Origin: Squalus acanthias | Taxonomy: Eukaryota | Direction: 5' to 3' | Assembly (NCBI GenBank): GCA_030390025.1 | Contig: CM059432.1 | Location: forward strand, 9,114,001-9,178,000 | Length of the DNA: 64,000 nucleotides | In this document: positions 12,301-25,049 of the stretch, piece by piece | Numbering within the stretch: position 1 is the first letter of the stretch | Layout of the letters: each line of letters opens with the position of its first letter | Made by a program: the position numbers and the translations under genes | The notes under the pieces: generated by a model | Databases searched by the model: none | The model's input: only the letters and a program-made list of their open reading frames with translations | Told to the model about the DNA's origin: nothing

Positions 12301-12844
12301 TTTTTAATCTCTCAAAAACTACGCGGAATTTTTAAATTCAGAGGAAGAATATGTGCATATATTTTATGCATTAACCAGGTGTATTGCAGTAATAGGAAAA
12401 GTTCTTACCCACCACCAGATATGAACTGGCTGTCAACCTAATTATGTAGTGTTACACCGGTTCAAATTGCAAATATCGCTTAACTTGTTACATCTTTTCC
12501 ATTCATAACTATCTCCTCTCAGCCCTGTTCCATTCTCTGTCCTTCCTATTTTACTTTTATGCACCTGTCACACAGCAATCCATTCGAAACTCACAAGACA
12601 TGAAATTGCTACAAAAGCGAGCATTTTAATCTCACCTTCATGCATGGTTTTATCTTGTCTAAGTTTATGGCCGTGATTCATGAACTGGTTCAACTCACAA
12701 GATGTTCATTGAAAAGGGAAATCCTTTCATGTGGAGTATTATACAGCAATGCAAGCATTATTTCAGATTTAACACTGCTGTCTCCTACCTGGGACTCAGT
12801 GACATGAGATTTATTCAGTTTTCATGGGTGTAAACTTACATCGA

Positions 12845-14000
12845 GTTACATAGAATTACATAGAAGGTATGGCCCAACTGGTCCACGTTGGTGTTTATGC
12901 TCCACACGAGCCTCCTCCCACCCTAATTCATCTCACCCTATCAATATATCCTTCTATTCCTTTCTCTCTCATGTGCTTATCTAGCTTTCCCTTAAATGCA
13001 TCTATACTATTTGCCTCAACCACTCCCTGTGGTAGCGAGTTCCACATTCTTACCACTCTCTGGGTAAATAAGTTTCTCCTGAATTCCCTATTGGATTTAT
13101 TAGTGACCAACTTATATTCATGGCCTCTAGTTTTGGTCTCCCCCACAAATGGAAACATTGGCCCAGAAATTAAACAGTGCGTGTTCCCACGGGGGTAAGG
13201 CTTCCCCGCGATATCTCACTCCGCGCCTACCTTTTTCCTCCGGGCCCACACGAACTTTAGTTTCAAGGCCAGTCCCACATGCAGCTGTGCAGTGTGTGCG
13301 TATCCCAGAGACGCAATTAGTTCGTGCGAGCTCTGGGATCACGTGATTCAGTTAGAGCCAATGGCAGCACACCATCTTTCATTCATAGTTTTCACAGCAA
13401 GAGCTGTCAAAGCTATGAATCCTACACACCCCCAAAAGAACAGCTAAACCTCAATTAAATTTTAAAAAAAGCCATCACATTAATAAAATAAGTATAGTTA
13501 AATAAATTAACCACTTTAAACAAAAAATTAAATTTTTGAAAACATTTAAAATCTTTTTAAAAGTTATAAAAATAAACTTACCTTTCATTAAAGTCTCTAA
13601 AAAAGATAAACCTGTTGAAAAAAATTTAAAATAACACTTAATTAACTACTTACCTTGTTAAAAAGGGGGTCCTACGCCTGCTTTCTTCATGTGTAAAATC
13701 TTCCATGCTTACCTGCGCGTTCAAAGCTGCAAAAATAACTAAGTGCACTGCGTGCGCGCAGCCTGCAGCGCGCACGTGGTTCACTTAGGAACCGCCCCCT
13801 TTTGAATTCACGAAGTGCCGGTTTCCCGCGCATGCGCAGTGCATGCAGGAAACCGGCAATTGGAGACCTAAAACGCGAGAGTACACAGTGCGTACTCTCG
13901 CGTATTAGGTCTAATTTTCGGGCCAAAGTCTCTACGTCTACCCTGTCAAACCCCTCCATAATTTTAAAGAACTCTTTCAGGTCACCCCCTCAGTCTTCTC
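12845..14000 (-). mobile_element. CR1 3' fragment interrupted by MITE C
   Basis: ORF 12928-13158 has NLFTQRVVRMWNSLP; CR1 sequence resumes after 13925. Confidence 0.8.
13160..13924. mobile_element. PIF/Harbinger-type MITE, family C
   Basis: TIRs GGCCCAGAAATTA and TAATTTTCGGGCC; AT-rich core; homologous to 33903-34646 and 27057-27817. Confidence 0.85.
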
Positions 14001-14179
14001 TTCCAATCCTTCCTCAGTCCAAGCAACACCCATTTACCCGAACTCTTTGTTACTTGTGTGTTAACCAACTTTCTATCCATGCTGCTGCAGCCGATGCAGG
14101 GGTTTGCGGGGTGGGGGGTGGGCAGAACATTTCGGCAGCAGGCAGCTGTGGTTTTGTGGGACACACAAAATATTTCCCA

Positions 14180-14588
14180 AAACATCCACCACCTTAAACA
14201 TTCACTCCCTCCACCACCAGGCACACCATGGCTGCAGTGTGTACCATCTACAAGATGCACTGCAGCAACTCGCCAAGGCTTCTTTGACAGCACCTCCCAA
14301 ACCCGCGACCTCTTCCACCTAGAAGGGCAACGGCAGCAGACACATGGGAACCCCACCACCTCCAAAGTTCCCCTCCAAGTCACACACCATCCTGACGTGG
14401 AAATATATCGCCGTTCCTTCATCGTCGCTGGGTCAAAATCCTGGAACTCCCTCCCTAACAGCACTGTGGGAGTACCTTCACCACACGGACTGCAGCGGTT
14501 CAAGAAGGCGGCTCACCACCACCTTCTCGAGGGCAAATAGGGATGGGCCTTGCCAACGACGCCCACATCCCGTGAATGAATAAAAATA
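14180..14588 (+). mobile_element. LINE family X 3' fragment
   Basis: TTLNIHSLHH...SFIVAGSKSWNSLP. Confidence 0.85.
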
Positions 14589-14704
14589 CATTTCTCTTTC
14601 TGTTTCTTAACTCTATCCATATGGAATCAGTCTAAATGCAACATCCTTATGTTCTCGCACCGAAATTGCGCTGGTTAGATTACACTGGTTAGATTAGATT
14701 CCTG

Positions 14705-15030
14705 TCTTTCGGATGAGATGTCAAACCGAGGTCCCGTCTGCTTTCTCAGGTGGACGTAAAAGATCCCAGGGCACTATTTTGAAGAATAGCAGGGGAGTTC
14801 TCCCCGGTGTCCTGGCCAATATTTATCCCTCAATCAACATCACTAAAAACAGATTATTTGGTCATTAGAACATTGCTGTTTGTGGGAGCTTGCTGTGCGC
14901 AAATTGACCGCCGCATTTCCCCCCATTACAACAGTGACTACACTTCAAACATACTTCATTGGCTATAAAGTGTTTTGGGATGTGCTGAGGTCATTGAAAG
15001 GCGCTATAGAAATGCAACTTTTTTTTCTTT
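14705..15030 (+). mobile_element. 5'-truncated SINE family 1
   Basis: SINE core and tail. Confidence 0.85.
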
Positions 15031-15626
15031 AAGCCTTCTGTTTATATTCCAATAGTTTTATCAATCCTGTTTTCTCTCTCCATATGTCGTCTCAAACCTG
15101 TATTTTCAGCACTGCCCCTGCCATACTAGTTGAACACTCAGGGAGTGACATCCCTTTGTTAATGAAATGATGAGGATTGTCAGTCCGGGCACGTATAGCC
15201 ACATGTGTGCTGTCAATTTCACCAAGAACCCTGGGAAATTGACAGCATGTTCATTCATGTACTTCTGATCAGTATCAACCTTGATAAAATGGGCAGCCTG
15301 GGCAAACTATGCATTAGTGTCTTGCCTTGTGAAAGTATGATCTGCAAACTGACTTAAGCGGCAGAAGTCACCAGTCGCACCTTTGAATGAGACAAATGCA
15401 AAAGAAATCGAGCGCTATTATGACCTTCTCCACAACTGTAAGGACACTCCTAGCTCTAGGGCTGGTCTGCAGTTGCAGCAGAGAGAAGATTTCCACCACA
15501 AATTCTGGACTGAATTGTAGCCTTCAAAAGAAACAAAGTAAGACTTGCATTTATATAGCGCCTTTCACGACCGCAGGACGTCCCAAAGCGCTTTACAGCC
15601 AATGAAGTACCTTTGAGTAACTAGAA

Positions 15627-16097
15627 TCAGCTGTGGCTCAGTGGGTAGCACACTCACCTCTGACGTCAGAAGGTTGTGGGTTCAATTCCCACTCCAAGGA
15701 CTTGAGCACATAAAGGCTAGGCTGACACTCCAGTGCAGTGCTGAGGGAGTGCCGCACTGTCGGAGGTGCCGTCTTACAGATGAGACATTAAACTGAGGCC
15801 CCGTCTGCTCTCTCAGGGGGATGTAAAAGATCCCATGGCACTATTTTGAAGAAGATCGGGGGAGTTATCCCCGGTGTCCTGACCAATATTTATCCCTCAA
15901 CCAACATAACAAAAAAAACAGATTATCTGGTCATTATCACATTGCTGCTTGTGGGAGCTTGCTGTGTGCAAATTGGCTGTCACGTTTCCCACATTACAAC
16001 AGTGACTACACTTCAAAAGTACTTAATTGGCTGTGAAGCGCTTTGAGACGTCCGGTGGTCGTGAAAGGCGTGATATAAATGCAAAGTCTTTTTTTTT
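15627..16097 (+). mobile_element. SINE family 1, full length
   Basis: A and B boxes, core and tail. An inverted SINE tail lies just upstream at ~15535-15615. Confidence 0.88.
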
Positions 16098-16397
16098 GCA
16101 GTGTAGTCAGTGACAAAACTCCGAGAGACAGATTTAAGAAGAAGTGCCGAAGTCTATACATTCTGTTGACAGGGGTCTTGGTGGGAGGGTCTGGCTCATC
16201 TTTGGTGCTGACTTATTAGACATGCTTCTCAATCAGACTTTTGCTCATCCTCCTCCAACATGTATATCATATAGAACGGAATTTCCATTCAGAAGCCCAT
16301 TTTGCAACCATCACAGATTTCATTTTAAATTCTCCAGAATTAGATTTGAAGGGATGTTTTTCTACATGAAAGATGCTAAATGGTGGTGGTTGTTGTT

Positions 16398-17010
16398 GTT
16401 TTTTATTTGTTCCTGGGATGTGGGCGTCGCTGGCAAGGCCAGCATTTATTGCCCATCCATCATTGCCCTCGAGAAGGTGGTGGTGAGCCGCCTTCTTGAA
16501 CCGCTGCAGTCCGTGTGGTGAAGGTACTCCCACAGTGCTGTTAAGGAGGGAGTTCAGGATTTTGACCCAGCGACGATGAAGGAATGGCCGATATATTTCC
16601 AAGTCAGGATGGTGTGTGACTTGGAGAGGAACTTGGAGGTGGTGGTGTTCCCATGCGCCTACTGCCCTTGTCCTTCTAGGTGGTAGAGGTTGCAGGTTAG
16701 GGAGGTGCTGCCGAAGAAGCCTTGGCAAGTTGCTGCAGTGCATCTTGTAGATGGTACACACTGCAGCCACGGTACGCCGGTGGTGGAGGGAGTGAATGTT
16801 TAAGGTGGTGGATGGGGTGTCAATCAAGCGGGCTGCTTTGTCCTGGATGGTGTCGAGCTTCTTGAGTGTTGTTGGAGCTGCACTCATCCAGGCAAGTGGA
16901 GAGTATTCCATCAAACTCCTTACTTGTGCCTTGTAGATGGTGGAAAGGCTCTGGGGAGTCAGGAGGTGAGTCACTCGCTGCAGAATACCCAGCCTCTGAC
17001 CTGCTCTTGT
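16398..17010 (-). mobile_element. LINE family X 3' fragment (RT C-terminus)
   Basis: ORF 16267-16974 with LSTIYKAQVRSLMEYSPLAW. Confidence 0.88.
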
Positions 17011-17632
17011 CGTTGTTGCTGTTGTTGGTGGTGGTTTTTGTTAATAACATAAGTAATAGGAGCAGGAATAGGGCATTCGACCCTTAAGGCCTGCTCCACC
17101 ATTCCTGGTTGATCTTCAACCTCATCTCCACTTTCCCACCCTATCCCCATATCCCTTGATTCCCTTAATATCCAAAAATCTTTCAATCTCTGTCTTGAAT
17201 ATACTCAACGATTGAGCATCCACAGCCCTCTGGGGTAGAGAATTCCAAAGATTCACCACCCTCTGAGTGAAGAAATTTCTCCTCATCTCAGTCCTAAATG
17301 GCCGACCCCTTATCCTGAGGCTGTGACCCTGGTTCTAGACTCCCCAGTCAGGGGCAACATCCTCCCTGCATCTACCCTGTCAAGCCCTGTAAGAATATTA
17401 TATGTTTCAATGAGATCACCTCTCATTCTTCTAAATTCTTGGGGATATAGGCCTAGTCTACTCAATCTCTCCTCTTAAGACAACCATCCCATTCCAGGAA
17501 TCAGACTGGTGAACCTTCGTTGCACTCCCTCTGAGGCAAGTATATCCTTCCTTAGGTAAGGGGACCAAAACTGTACACAATACTCCAGGTGTGGTCTCAC
17601 CAAGGATCTATATAATTGCAGTAAGACTTCCA

Positions 17633-18517
17633 GGGAGAAAAATTTGGTTGTTTTGCGCCTCCCGTTAGCGCCCTAAGAGGCGCTAATGGGGCACAAAGCA
17701 ACTAGCGCCCGGGCGCAGCGAGGTTTACACCTCTCACGAAATTGACCAGACATTTTGCGGCGGCGCTAACCACTACCGCCATGATCTCCTGCGCCCACAG
17801 ATCGTGACGTCAGTCGAGCGTGCAACACCCCGGTAGCGCCCCGGACCGGATATTGAGTGGCGCCCCCTGCCTTACCGCCTGCCGCTAGCAACAACAGGTT
17901 GAGGGGAGCGTTTTGTAGTCGGGAAGGGACTGGGGGAGCTATTTAAAGCGGCAGCTTCCTGCCTTTTTTTGTCAGTGACATTTTTGCACCACGCATTCTG
18001 AGAGAGAGAGACTTCTGGAGAGATTCAACGCTGTGTGAAGGAGTTTTGGGTACTGAGCAGCACTTTGCAGGTTCATTTTGATTTGACCTTCCTTGCATCG
18101 ATTTAGATGAGACTATGGGGGCTGCACTCTGAGCTCTTTCCCTGGGCCCTCTCCATTGTTCGTTCCAGCAGATTTGATGTACAGGTCTCTCCAGGCCGAG
18201 ATTCAAGGCTGCAAGGAGCAGGATTTGGATGGAGAGCAAGATCGACCCTCCCCTTTAAGAACTGGCTGGGGCCATTGTGTCTGTGTTCCATTGCTGACTG
18301 ACATCACATGAGCTTCGCCAGCGCTCTGAGGTAGCGCCTCGCTCCTCGGCGTTAGCGCCTTAAGAGAGGTGTGTAGCGCCTGATTTAGCACTCCAATCAC
18401 CTCCAGGGGCGATAGAAGCCAAGTTTGCAGTCGGAGGCGATGATTAGCGCCAGGCGCTAAACTTTGCGCCCGGCCGATAATTGCGCACCAAATGGAGCGA
18501 TACCGAATTTCTCCCCC
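17633..18517. mobile_element. MITE family A, copy 2
   Basis: Colinear with 701-1592; ends CCGAATTTCTCCCCC. Confidence 0.85.
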
Positions 18518-18528
18518 GTATAGTCTTC

Positions 18529-19174
18529 GGGGGAAAAATTGAGTCGCACCCCCTTTGGGGCACTAGCTTCGCCAGGGCGAAGCACCCCGCCTCCCTCTTG
18601 GGACGCTGCGAGTGAATCTCGCACCGCGGTACTGCAAGCCTTCCTCCCCTTCTTAAAGGGGAGGGGCCTAGTGCAGCGCGACCCGGGGCCCAGCTGGGCC
18701 ATCAGGGATCGGAGTGCCAGCAAAAGAGCCCGGCACTCAAGAGAAGTGCCGGGCTCACGGAGCGCAGCCAGCACTCCGCGGGGGGGCTGCAGAGGAGGCC
18801 GGGGACGGCAGAGGGGGCAGGTGCTGGCAGGCAGCCAGCAACAAAAATGGCCGCCCGGCACCTTCCCTTTAGTTAGCGCCACCCCAGCTGCAGGAAGGCC
18901 CCCCTGACCCTGTCGGACATAGCGTCCGGCGGTAAGTCAGGAGGCGCTACCGAAGATTGTGGCCGGGGCACGAGCGGGGAGCTGTGCACCGCGATGACGT
19001 CATCGCCAGCGGCGCAGCGCCGCGGGGCGCTAACGGTTACCGCCGCCGCTAACCTCCCGCTGAATTTCGTGGGAGACGTTGGCGGCGCCGCACCCAGGCG
19101 CTAGTTGCTTAGCGCCCCGTAAGCACCCTCTTTGGGCGCTAACGGGAGGCGCAAAGCAACCGAATTTTTAGGCC
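18529..19174. mobile_element. MITE family B, copy 2
   Basis: Termini GGGGGAAAAATTG and CGAATTTTTAGGCC. Confidence 0.8.
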
Positions 19175-19257
19175 TTATACTCCAATCCTTTTATAATAAA
19201 TGCCAACATACCATTTGCTTTCCTAATTGCTTGCTGTACCTGCATGTTAACTTTCAG

Positions 19258-19333
19258 TGGTTGCTGTAGTTGTGGCTGTTGTTGTTGATGATGATGGTGG
19301 GTGGTGGTTGATGTTGTTGTTGTTGTTGTTGTT
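19258..19333. repeat. (GTT)n/(GAT)n microsatellite
   Basis: Read directly from the sequence. Confidence 0.85.
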
Positions 19334-19726
19334 ACAAATAGGGAAACAAATCCAAGGGACAATTGCAGCCAGAAACATTTTTCTACCAAAAGGCTACTGC
19401 GCTATGCCTTTAAGCCACATCCATCATCCGCTGGTCCTGCCAAACCCATCTGTTTTAGAAAGGTGGATGTTCAGGGCAGCAATGATGGAATTTAGGATAG
19501 GTGACATCATCCCTTCTGCACGCTGATAAAATAGGCACTCTATCGTCTTGCCCTCCCCTCCAGTGGAATTTGGCTCCATTTCAAATGGAGGATCCCGGGT
19601 CCCATCCTAAATTCCAGCCTCCTGTGCAAAAAGGCACCACCATTGCCCCCTTTCCAACCCCAGGAATTTCAGATCCATTGTTCCAGAGTTTTAGCAAATC
19701 TTCCCCAGGAAAGAGGTCATTCTCTC

Positions 19727-20520
19727 GCCCACCCGACCCCACCCTACCCAACCCCAGCCCAACCATTGCACCCCATCCCACCCCAGCCCACCCCACCCCA
19801 CCCATTCTACCCCAGCCCACCCCACCCCACCCATCCCCCCAGCCCACCCCACCCCACCCATCCCCCCAGCCCACCCCACCCCACCCATCTCACCCCAGCC
19901 CACCCCATCCCACCCCAGCCCACCCCACCCCACCCATTCTACCCCAGCCCACTCCACCCCAGCCATCCCACCCATTCCCCCCAGCCCACCCCACCCCACC
20001 CATCCCCCCCAGCCCCACCCCACCCCACCCACCCCCCAGCCCACCCCAACCCCACCCATTCTACCCCAGCCCACTCCACCCCAGCCATCCCCCCATTCCC
20101 CCCAGCCCACCCCACCCCACCCATCCCCCCAGCCCACCCCACCCCACCCATCCCCCCAGCCCACCCCACCCCACCCATTCTACCCCACCCCCACCCTACC
20201 AACCCCACCCCACCCATCTCACCCCAGCCCACCCACCCCACCCTACCCAACCCCAGCCCAACCATTGCACCCCACCCCACCCATCCCACCCCAGCCCACC
20301 CGACCCCACCCCACCCATTCTACCCCACCCCTCCCCACCCCACCCATCCCACCTCAACCCAGCCCACCGCACCCATTCCACCCATTCCACCCCACCCCGC
20401 CCCACCCATTCTACCCCACCCCAGCCCACCCAACCCCAGCCCACCCCAGCCCACCCAACCCCATCTCAGCCCACCCCACCTCTGCCCACCCCACCCATTC
20501 CACCCCAGCCCACCCCACCA
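19727..20520. repeat. C-rich minisatellite built from CCCCA/CCCAG units (for example CCCCAGCCCACCCCACCCCACCCAT)
   Basis: About 800 bp, almost G-free on the + strand; runs directly into an L2 tail. Confidence 0.92.
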
Positions 20521-20765
20521 TTGGCGGCCGTGCCTTCAGTTGCCTGGGCACTAAGCTCTGGAATTCTCTCCCTAAACCTCTCCGCCTCTTTCCTCTTTTA
20601 AGATGCTCCTTAAAACCTACCTCTTTGACGAAGCTTTAGGTCGCCTCTCCTAATATCTCCTGATGTGGCTTGGTGTCAAATTTTGTTTGGTAATCGCTCC
20701 TGTGAAGCGTCTTGGGACATTTTACTACATTAAAGGAGCTATATAAATGCAAATTGCTGTTGTTA
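20515..20765 (+). mobile_element. L2 LINE 3' tail
   Basis: TIGGRAFSCLGTKLWNSLP; ends AAAGGAGCTATATAAATGCAAATTGCTGTTG. Confidence 0.85.
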
Positions 20766-21344
20766 ACATCCCCTTAAATGGCCTTTTAGGCTCCCAATAT
20801 CTTCTAAAGAACACTCACTCAATTAATACTGTTAACTCGAGGTGTGCTGATGCGGTGAACTGCAATGACAAAAAAGCTGAGCAGATTTAGTGTTTTAAAT
20901 TACTTCAGCATGAAGCGCTCCCCTATTTTGTTCAACTTCGGTTATCTCCCTATTTTTGGACAAAAGGAATTCTCCAACTGGAAAACCTAAATTAGGCTCC
21001 TGGTTTCGTTGTTTTATTTTCTAAAAGGCGAACATTATTTTTTGGATTGGACAGAGCAACATCCTATTAGGAATCAGCAATATGCTATAAACAAGGAACA
21101 ACACCAACGAGGCACATTTGATTTAATAACCAAACTTTGGTCAATTGGTCCCTTTGAGATTTATGTTGGTCAGTTCCTTTGGGAGATTAAAGCCAGTGTT
21201 ATAATGGGTATCTAGTTAGCTCTTTCTCATTGTTACAGCAGGTGTTGAATCAATAGCCTGCCTATGGCGAGAGCTTGCAATGAGGCAGTGAAAAGTAGCC
21301 AAAGTAAAAGTCTGTACGTGTTCTTGTTTTCAAATGATCCTGGT

Positions 21345-22417
21345 GGGGTCGAGCTTCGGCTCGTTTCTGCTTGGTTTATCAGGGTGGAATCGGCCGCACC
21401 AGCGCAAAAGAGCGGGGAATTTTAAACGTAAGTGACTTACGCCCAAAACCACGGACGCTCGTGGTTTCCACGATCTTTTCCGTTGGCTCAAGGTTCGATT
21501 CGCCCGGATCAGGCCCCGGCCACAAAACCAGCCACGGTCCCCACCCCCCCCGCAGGTGGACGTTGCGAGATTCCACCGATAGCGCTGGTTCGGGAAGACT
21601 CTTCAAATTGGGTTTCGCCTTCTGAGGCGCACAGGCACCAGTCGGCTCGTTTTGAAAGTTTTCTCATATCGAAAAATATTTAGTTTACTGAGAAACTGAC
21701 TAGTGTACATCAATGAAACTATTAAATGGTTCAGTCTAGTTTTTTAAAGTCATTTTCAGTGGATTTTAAATCAGGTTACTCACAGGTGGAGGACTGTTAT
21801 TACAAATGTTTTTTTTGGTGATAAACCCAATTTCAGCTGTATTAATAAAACTGCACCAGGTTGCTGCTCTTAAACACATCAATGGAAAGAAAAAAGAAAT
21901 GATTATGTTCCATTACGCTGCCTGATTACGTTGGTTCATGGAAGATTTTACGTTTGTGATTATGCAAATAAATTTTAGCAGAAACTTGAAATGTAAAATG
22001 AAAGAAAGACTTGCATTTATATAGCGCCTTTCACGACCACCAGACGTCTCAAAGCACTTTACAGCCAATGAAGTATTTTTGAAGTGGAGTCACTGTTGTA
22101 ATGTGGGAAACGCGGCAGCCAATTTGCGCACAGCAAGCTCCCACAAACAGCAATGTGATTATGACCAGATAATCTGTTTTTGTGATGTTGATTGAGCGAT
22201 AAATATTGTTCAGCACACCAAGGATAACTCCCCTGCTCTTCTTCGAAATAGTGCCATGGGATCTTTTACGTCCACCTGAGAGAACAGACGGGACCTCGGT
22301 TTGACATCTCATCTGAAAGGCAGGAATCTAATCTAACCAGTGTAATCTAACCAGCGCAATTTCGAGCGCATTTCGGCCGCTATTTCCCGATTGCGCCCAG
22401 AGGGGAAACTCGACCCC
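21345..22417. mobile_element. MITE family D containing a SINE (~22000-22320, minus strand)
   Basis: TIRs GGGGTCGAGCTTC and GAAACTCGACCCC; homologous in reverse to 25813-28142. Confidence 0.75.
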
Positions 22418-22424
22418 CTGATGT

Positions 22425-22842
22425 TGGAGAGGCTGGGGTTGGGTTTTATTTGGAACCGAGGAGGCTGAGGGGAGACTTAATTGAGGTGTGTAAAATTATG
22501 AGGGGCCCAGATAGGGTGGATAGGAAGGACCTATTTCCCTCAGCAGAGAGGTCAATAACCAGGGGTCATAGATTTAAAGCAATTGGTAGAAGGATTAGAG
22601 GGGGAGTTGAGGAGAACTTTTTTCACCCAGAGGGTGGTGGGGATCTGGAACTCACTGCCTGAAAGGGTGGTAGAGGCAGAAACCCTCATCGCATTTAAAA
22701 TGTACTTGAAGTGCCGTAACCTACAGGGCTACGGACCAAGAGCTGGAAGGTGGGATTAGGCCTGGATAGCTCTTCTTCAGCCGGCGCAGACACGATGGGC
22801 CGAATGGCCTCCTTCTGTGCCGTAAACTTCTATGATTCTATG
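22425..22842 (+). mobile_element. CR1 3' fragment
   Basis: RRLRGDLIEVCKIMRG; tail TTCTATGATTCTATG. Confidence 0.88.
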
Positions 22843-23077
22843 TTGCAGCCAGAACTTGGGCCAACTCCAGCAACCTTGGTGAAATAATCAGTTGAGAAGG
22901 GCTCAGAGGTTGGTTATTTTCTCCACCGGTAGAATGAAAGGTGGAAGGCATCTCCATTCCATCTCGACCTTGGGAGGTTAGCGCACTAGATGGTGGGACC
23001 CAATCTTTGCATATTTCCGCAAGTCTCCAATCTTTACAGGTCTTTACATTCTCATTCATCCAAACTTCCAAAAAAAA

Positions 23078-23717
23078 GGGAGAAATTGAACCTCATTTTG
23101 TCCAGTTTTCAGGCATGACCAGCACAATTTCAAGTGCATTTTGGGTGCAACTTCCTAACTTTTCCAGAGTTGAGTCGCGATCGCCCTTGGCTCGATCTGC
23201 ACCCGAAATTGGGTGGCCGCCATATTGGATCAGGCGAATTTCAGGCGTTGGCGGCTGATTCTTTCTGCAAATCTGTTTCCTACACCGGCTTGTACAAAAC
23301 TCTGATTGCAAACCTGGAGTACAACTGGGCGGGGCTCCTACCGCACACGATCCGCCCACTTGCGCCAGGTCTCAAGCGGCCTTACCAGCGGTCCTCCTGG
23401 CTCCTCAAAAGACCTACGGGCCGCTGCTGGCCTGGGCTCCCCCCCTTCTCAGGATCGCCTCCAAACCCCCCTCCCACGCTCCCCACCCCCCCCCCCCCCC
23501 CGCCAACCCCACCGCCACCCCCAGGACCTACCTGAGGGCAGCAGCCTATACCGCAGACGCTGCAGGTGGAACCAGGGAGCTGCTTCCCGACGCACTATTG
23601 GCGCCCGCAACTCACCGGCTCCATGGAGATAAGGCCCGATGTCGAATGTGGCACGGGCTTCCGGTGGGTGCAGTGCAAGCGCTCCGCCAAGTGGGCAACA
23701 AGTCCGATTTCTCATCC
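23078..23717. mobile_element. Probable MITE (GGGAGAAATTG ... CGATTTCTC termini)
   Basis: GC/CpG-rich block bounded by degenerate TIRs of the same type; no TSD confirmed. Confidence 0.5.
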
Positions 23718-24261
23718 AATATCTTCATCCATAGCCTCCATAAGTCTGAGGTGCTTCTCTAAAACATTCACTGCCTAACGAGGATTGACGAATTAAAGTT
23801 CAGAGCACATAAATTGGAAAAGCATAAAATCACAAGTGATTACCACAGGTCTTCCTCAGACGTGCAAAATATTCTAGGTCTTATCAATCCCAATCAAGGT
23901 TTCTGTTCATACTGATGCACAATCAAGCATTTTGTTTATGCCAAAAATGAATATTTTTTCATCCAAATATATTCCACCCTTCACATGAATTTTGTCTGAC
24001 TATTTGTGCTTGTATCAATATTTCCTATCCAATAACAAGTTATAAAAATAGGTCAAAGGATGAACGATATTTGAATGAACAGATATTTAGTGCACCAATA
24101 TTACAATCTTCACTTACAGTACATTGCACTCAGCATGACCGTACATCACTTTCGGTTCAATTTAATTTCCTACATTACAACAGTGACTACACTTCAAAAG
24201 CAAATCATTGGTTGTAAGGCACTTTGGAATGTCCTGAGGTTGTGTAAGGCGCTATATACAT

Positions 24262-24532
24262 ACAAGGCGCATGGGAACACCACCACCTCCAACTTCCCCT
24301 CCAAGACACACACCATCCTGACTTGGAAATATATCGACCATTCCTTCATCGTCGCTGGGTCAAAATCCTGGAACTCCCTCCCTAACAGCACTTTGGGAGC
24401 ACCTTCACCACACGGACTGCAGCAGTTCAAGAAGGCGGCTCAGCACCACCTTCTCAAGGGCAATTAGGGATGGGCAATAAAGGCTGACCTTGCCAGTGAC
24501 GCCCACATCCCATGAACGAATGAAAAAAAAAA
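24262..24532 (+). mobile_element. LINE family X 3' tail preceded by a SINE tail (24165-24260)
   Basis: SFIVAGSKSWNSLPNST...HHLLKGN. Confidence 0.82.
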
Positions 24533-24623
24533 GTTCTCTCTTTCTATTGAACGATACCACTGGCAACTAGTAGATTTTAAATGAATAACACTAAAATATG
24601 TTATACATATGACAACAATTTTA

Positions 24624-24900
24624 CATAGAATCATAGAATGGTTACAGCACAGAAGGAGGCCATTCGGCCCATTGAGCCCGTGCCGGCTCTCTGCAAGAGC
24701 ACTTCAGCTAGTCCCACTCCCCCGCCCTTTCCCCGTAACCCTGAAAAAATGTTTTCTTCAGGTACTTATCCAATTCCCTTTTGAAAGCCATGATTGAATC
24801 TGCCTCCCCCACCCTCTCAGGCAGCGCATTCCAGATCCTAACCACTCGCTGCGTAAAAAAGTTTTTCCTCATGTCGCCTTTGGTTCTTTTGCCAATCACC
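24624..24900 (-). mobile_element. CR1 3' tail
   Basis: KNFFTQRVVRIWNALP. Confidence 0.88.
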
Positions 24901-25049
24901 GTAAATGAACTGCATAGTTTCTTCCTTCCCCCAAAGGTTATTCACTTATCAGACATATTTGATTAACATAAAGAATGTGCTGTTTACTGAAGATATTCTG
25001 ATTTATGGTTAGGGGAGATGTAAGAATTTATGAAATTATTATTTTGTAG

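Larger units (their letters stand above)
17045..19258 (-). mobile_element. CR1 3' fragment split by two tandem MITEs
   Basis: CR1 at 17045-17632 continues at 19175-19258 (VNMQVQQAIRKANGMLAFI). Confidence 0.8.

Noticed and set aside
15365..15520. Short open frame SPVAPLNETNAKEIERYYDLLHNCK
   Set aside because: No polypyrimidine acceptor and no recognised homology.
19501..20639. Long Pro/His-rich and Gly/Trp-rich ORFs (366, 303 and 157 aa)
   Set aside because: They are open in several frames on both strands because the C-rich minisatellite lacks stop codons.
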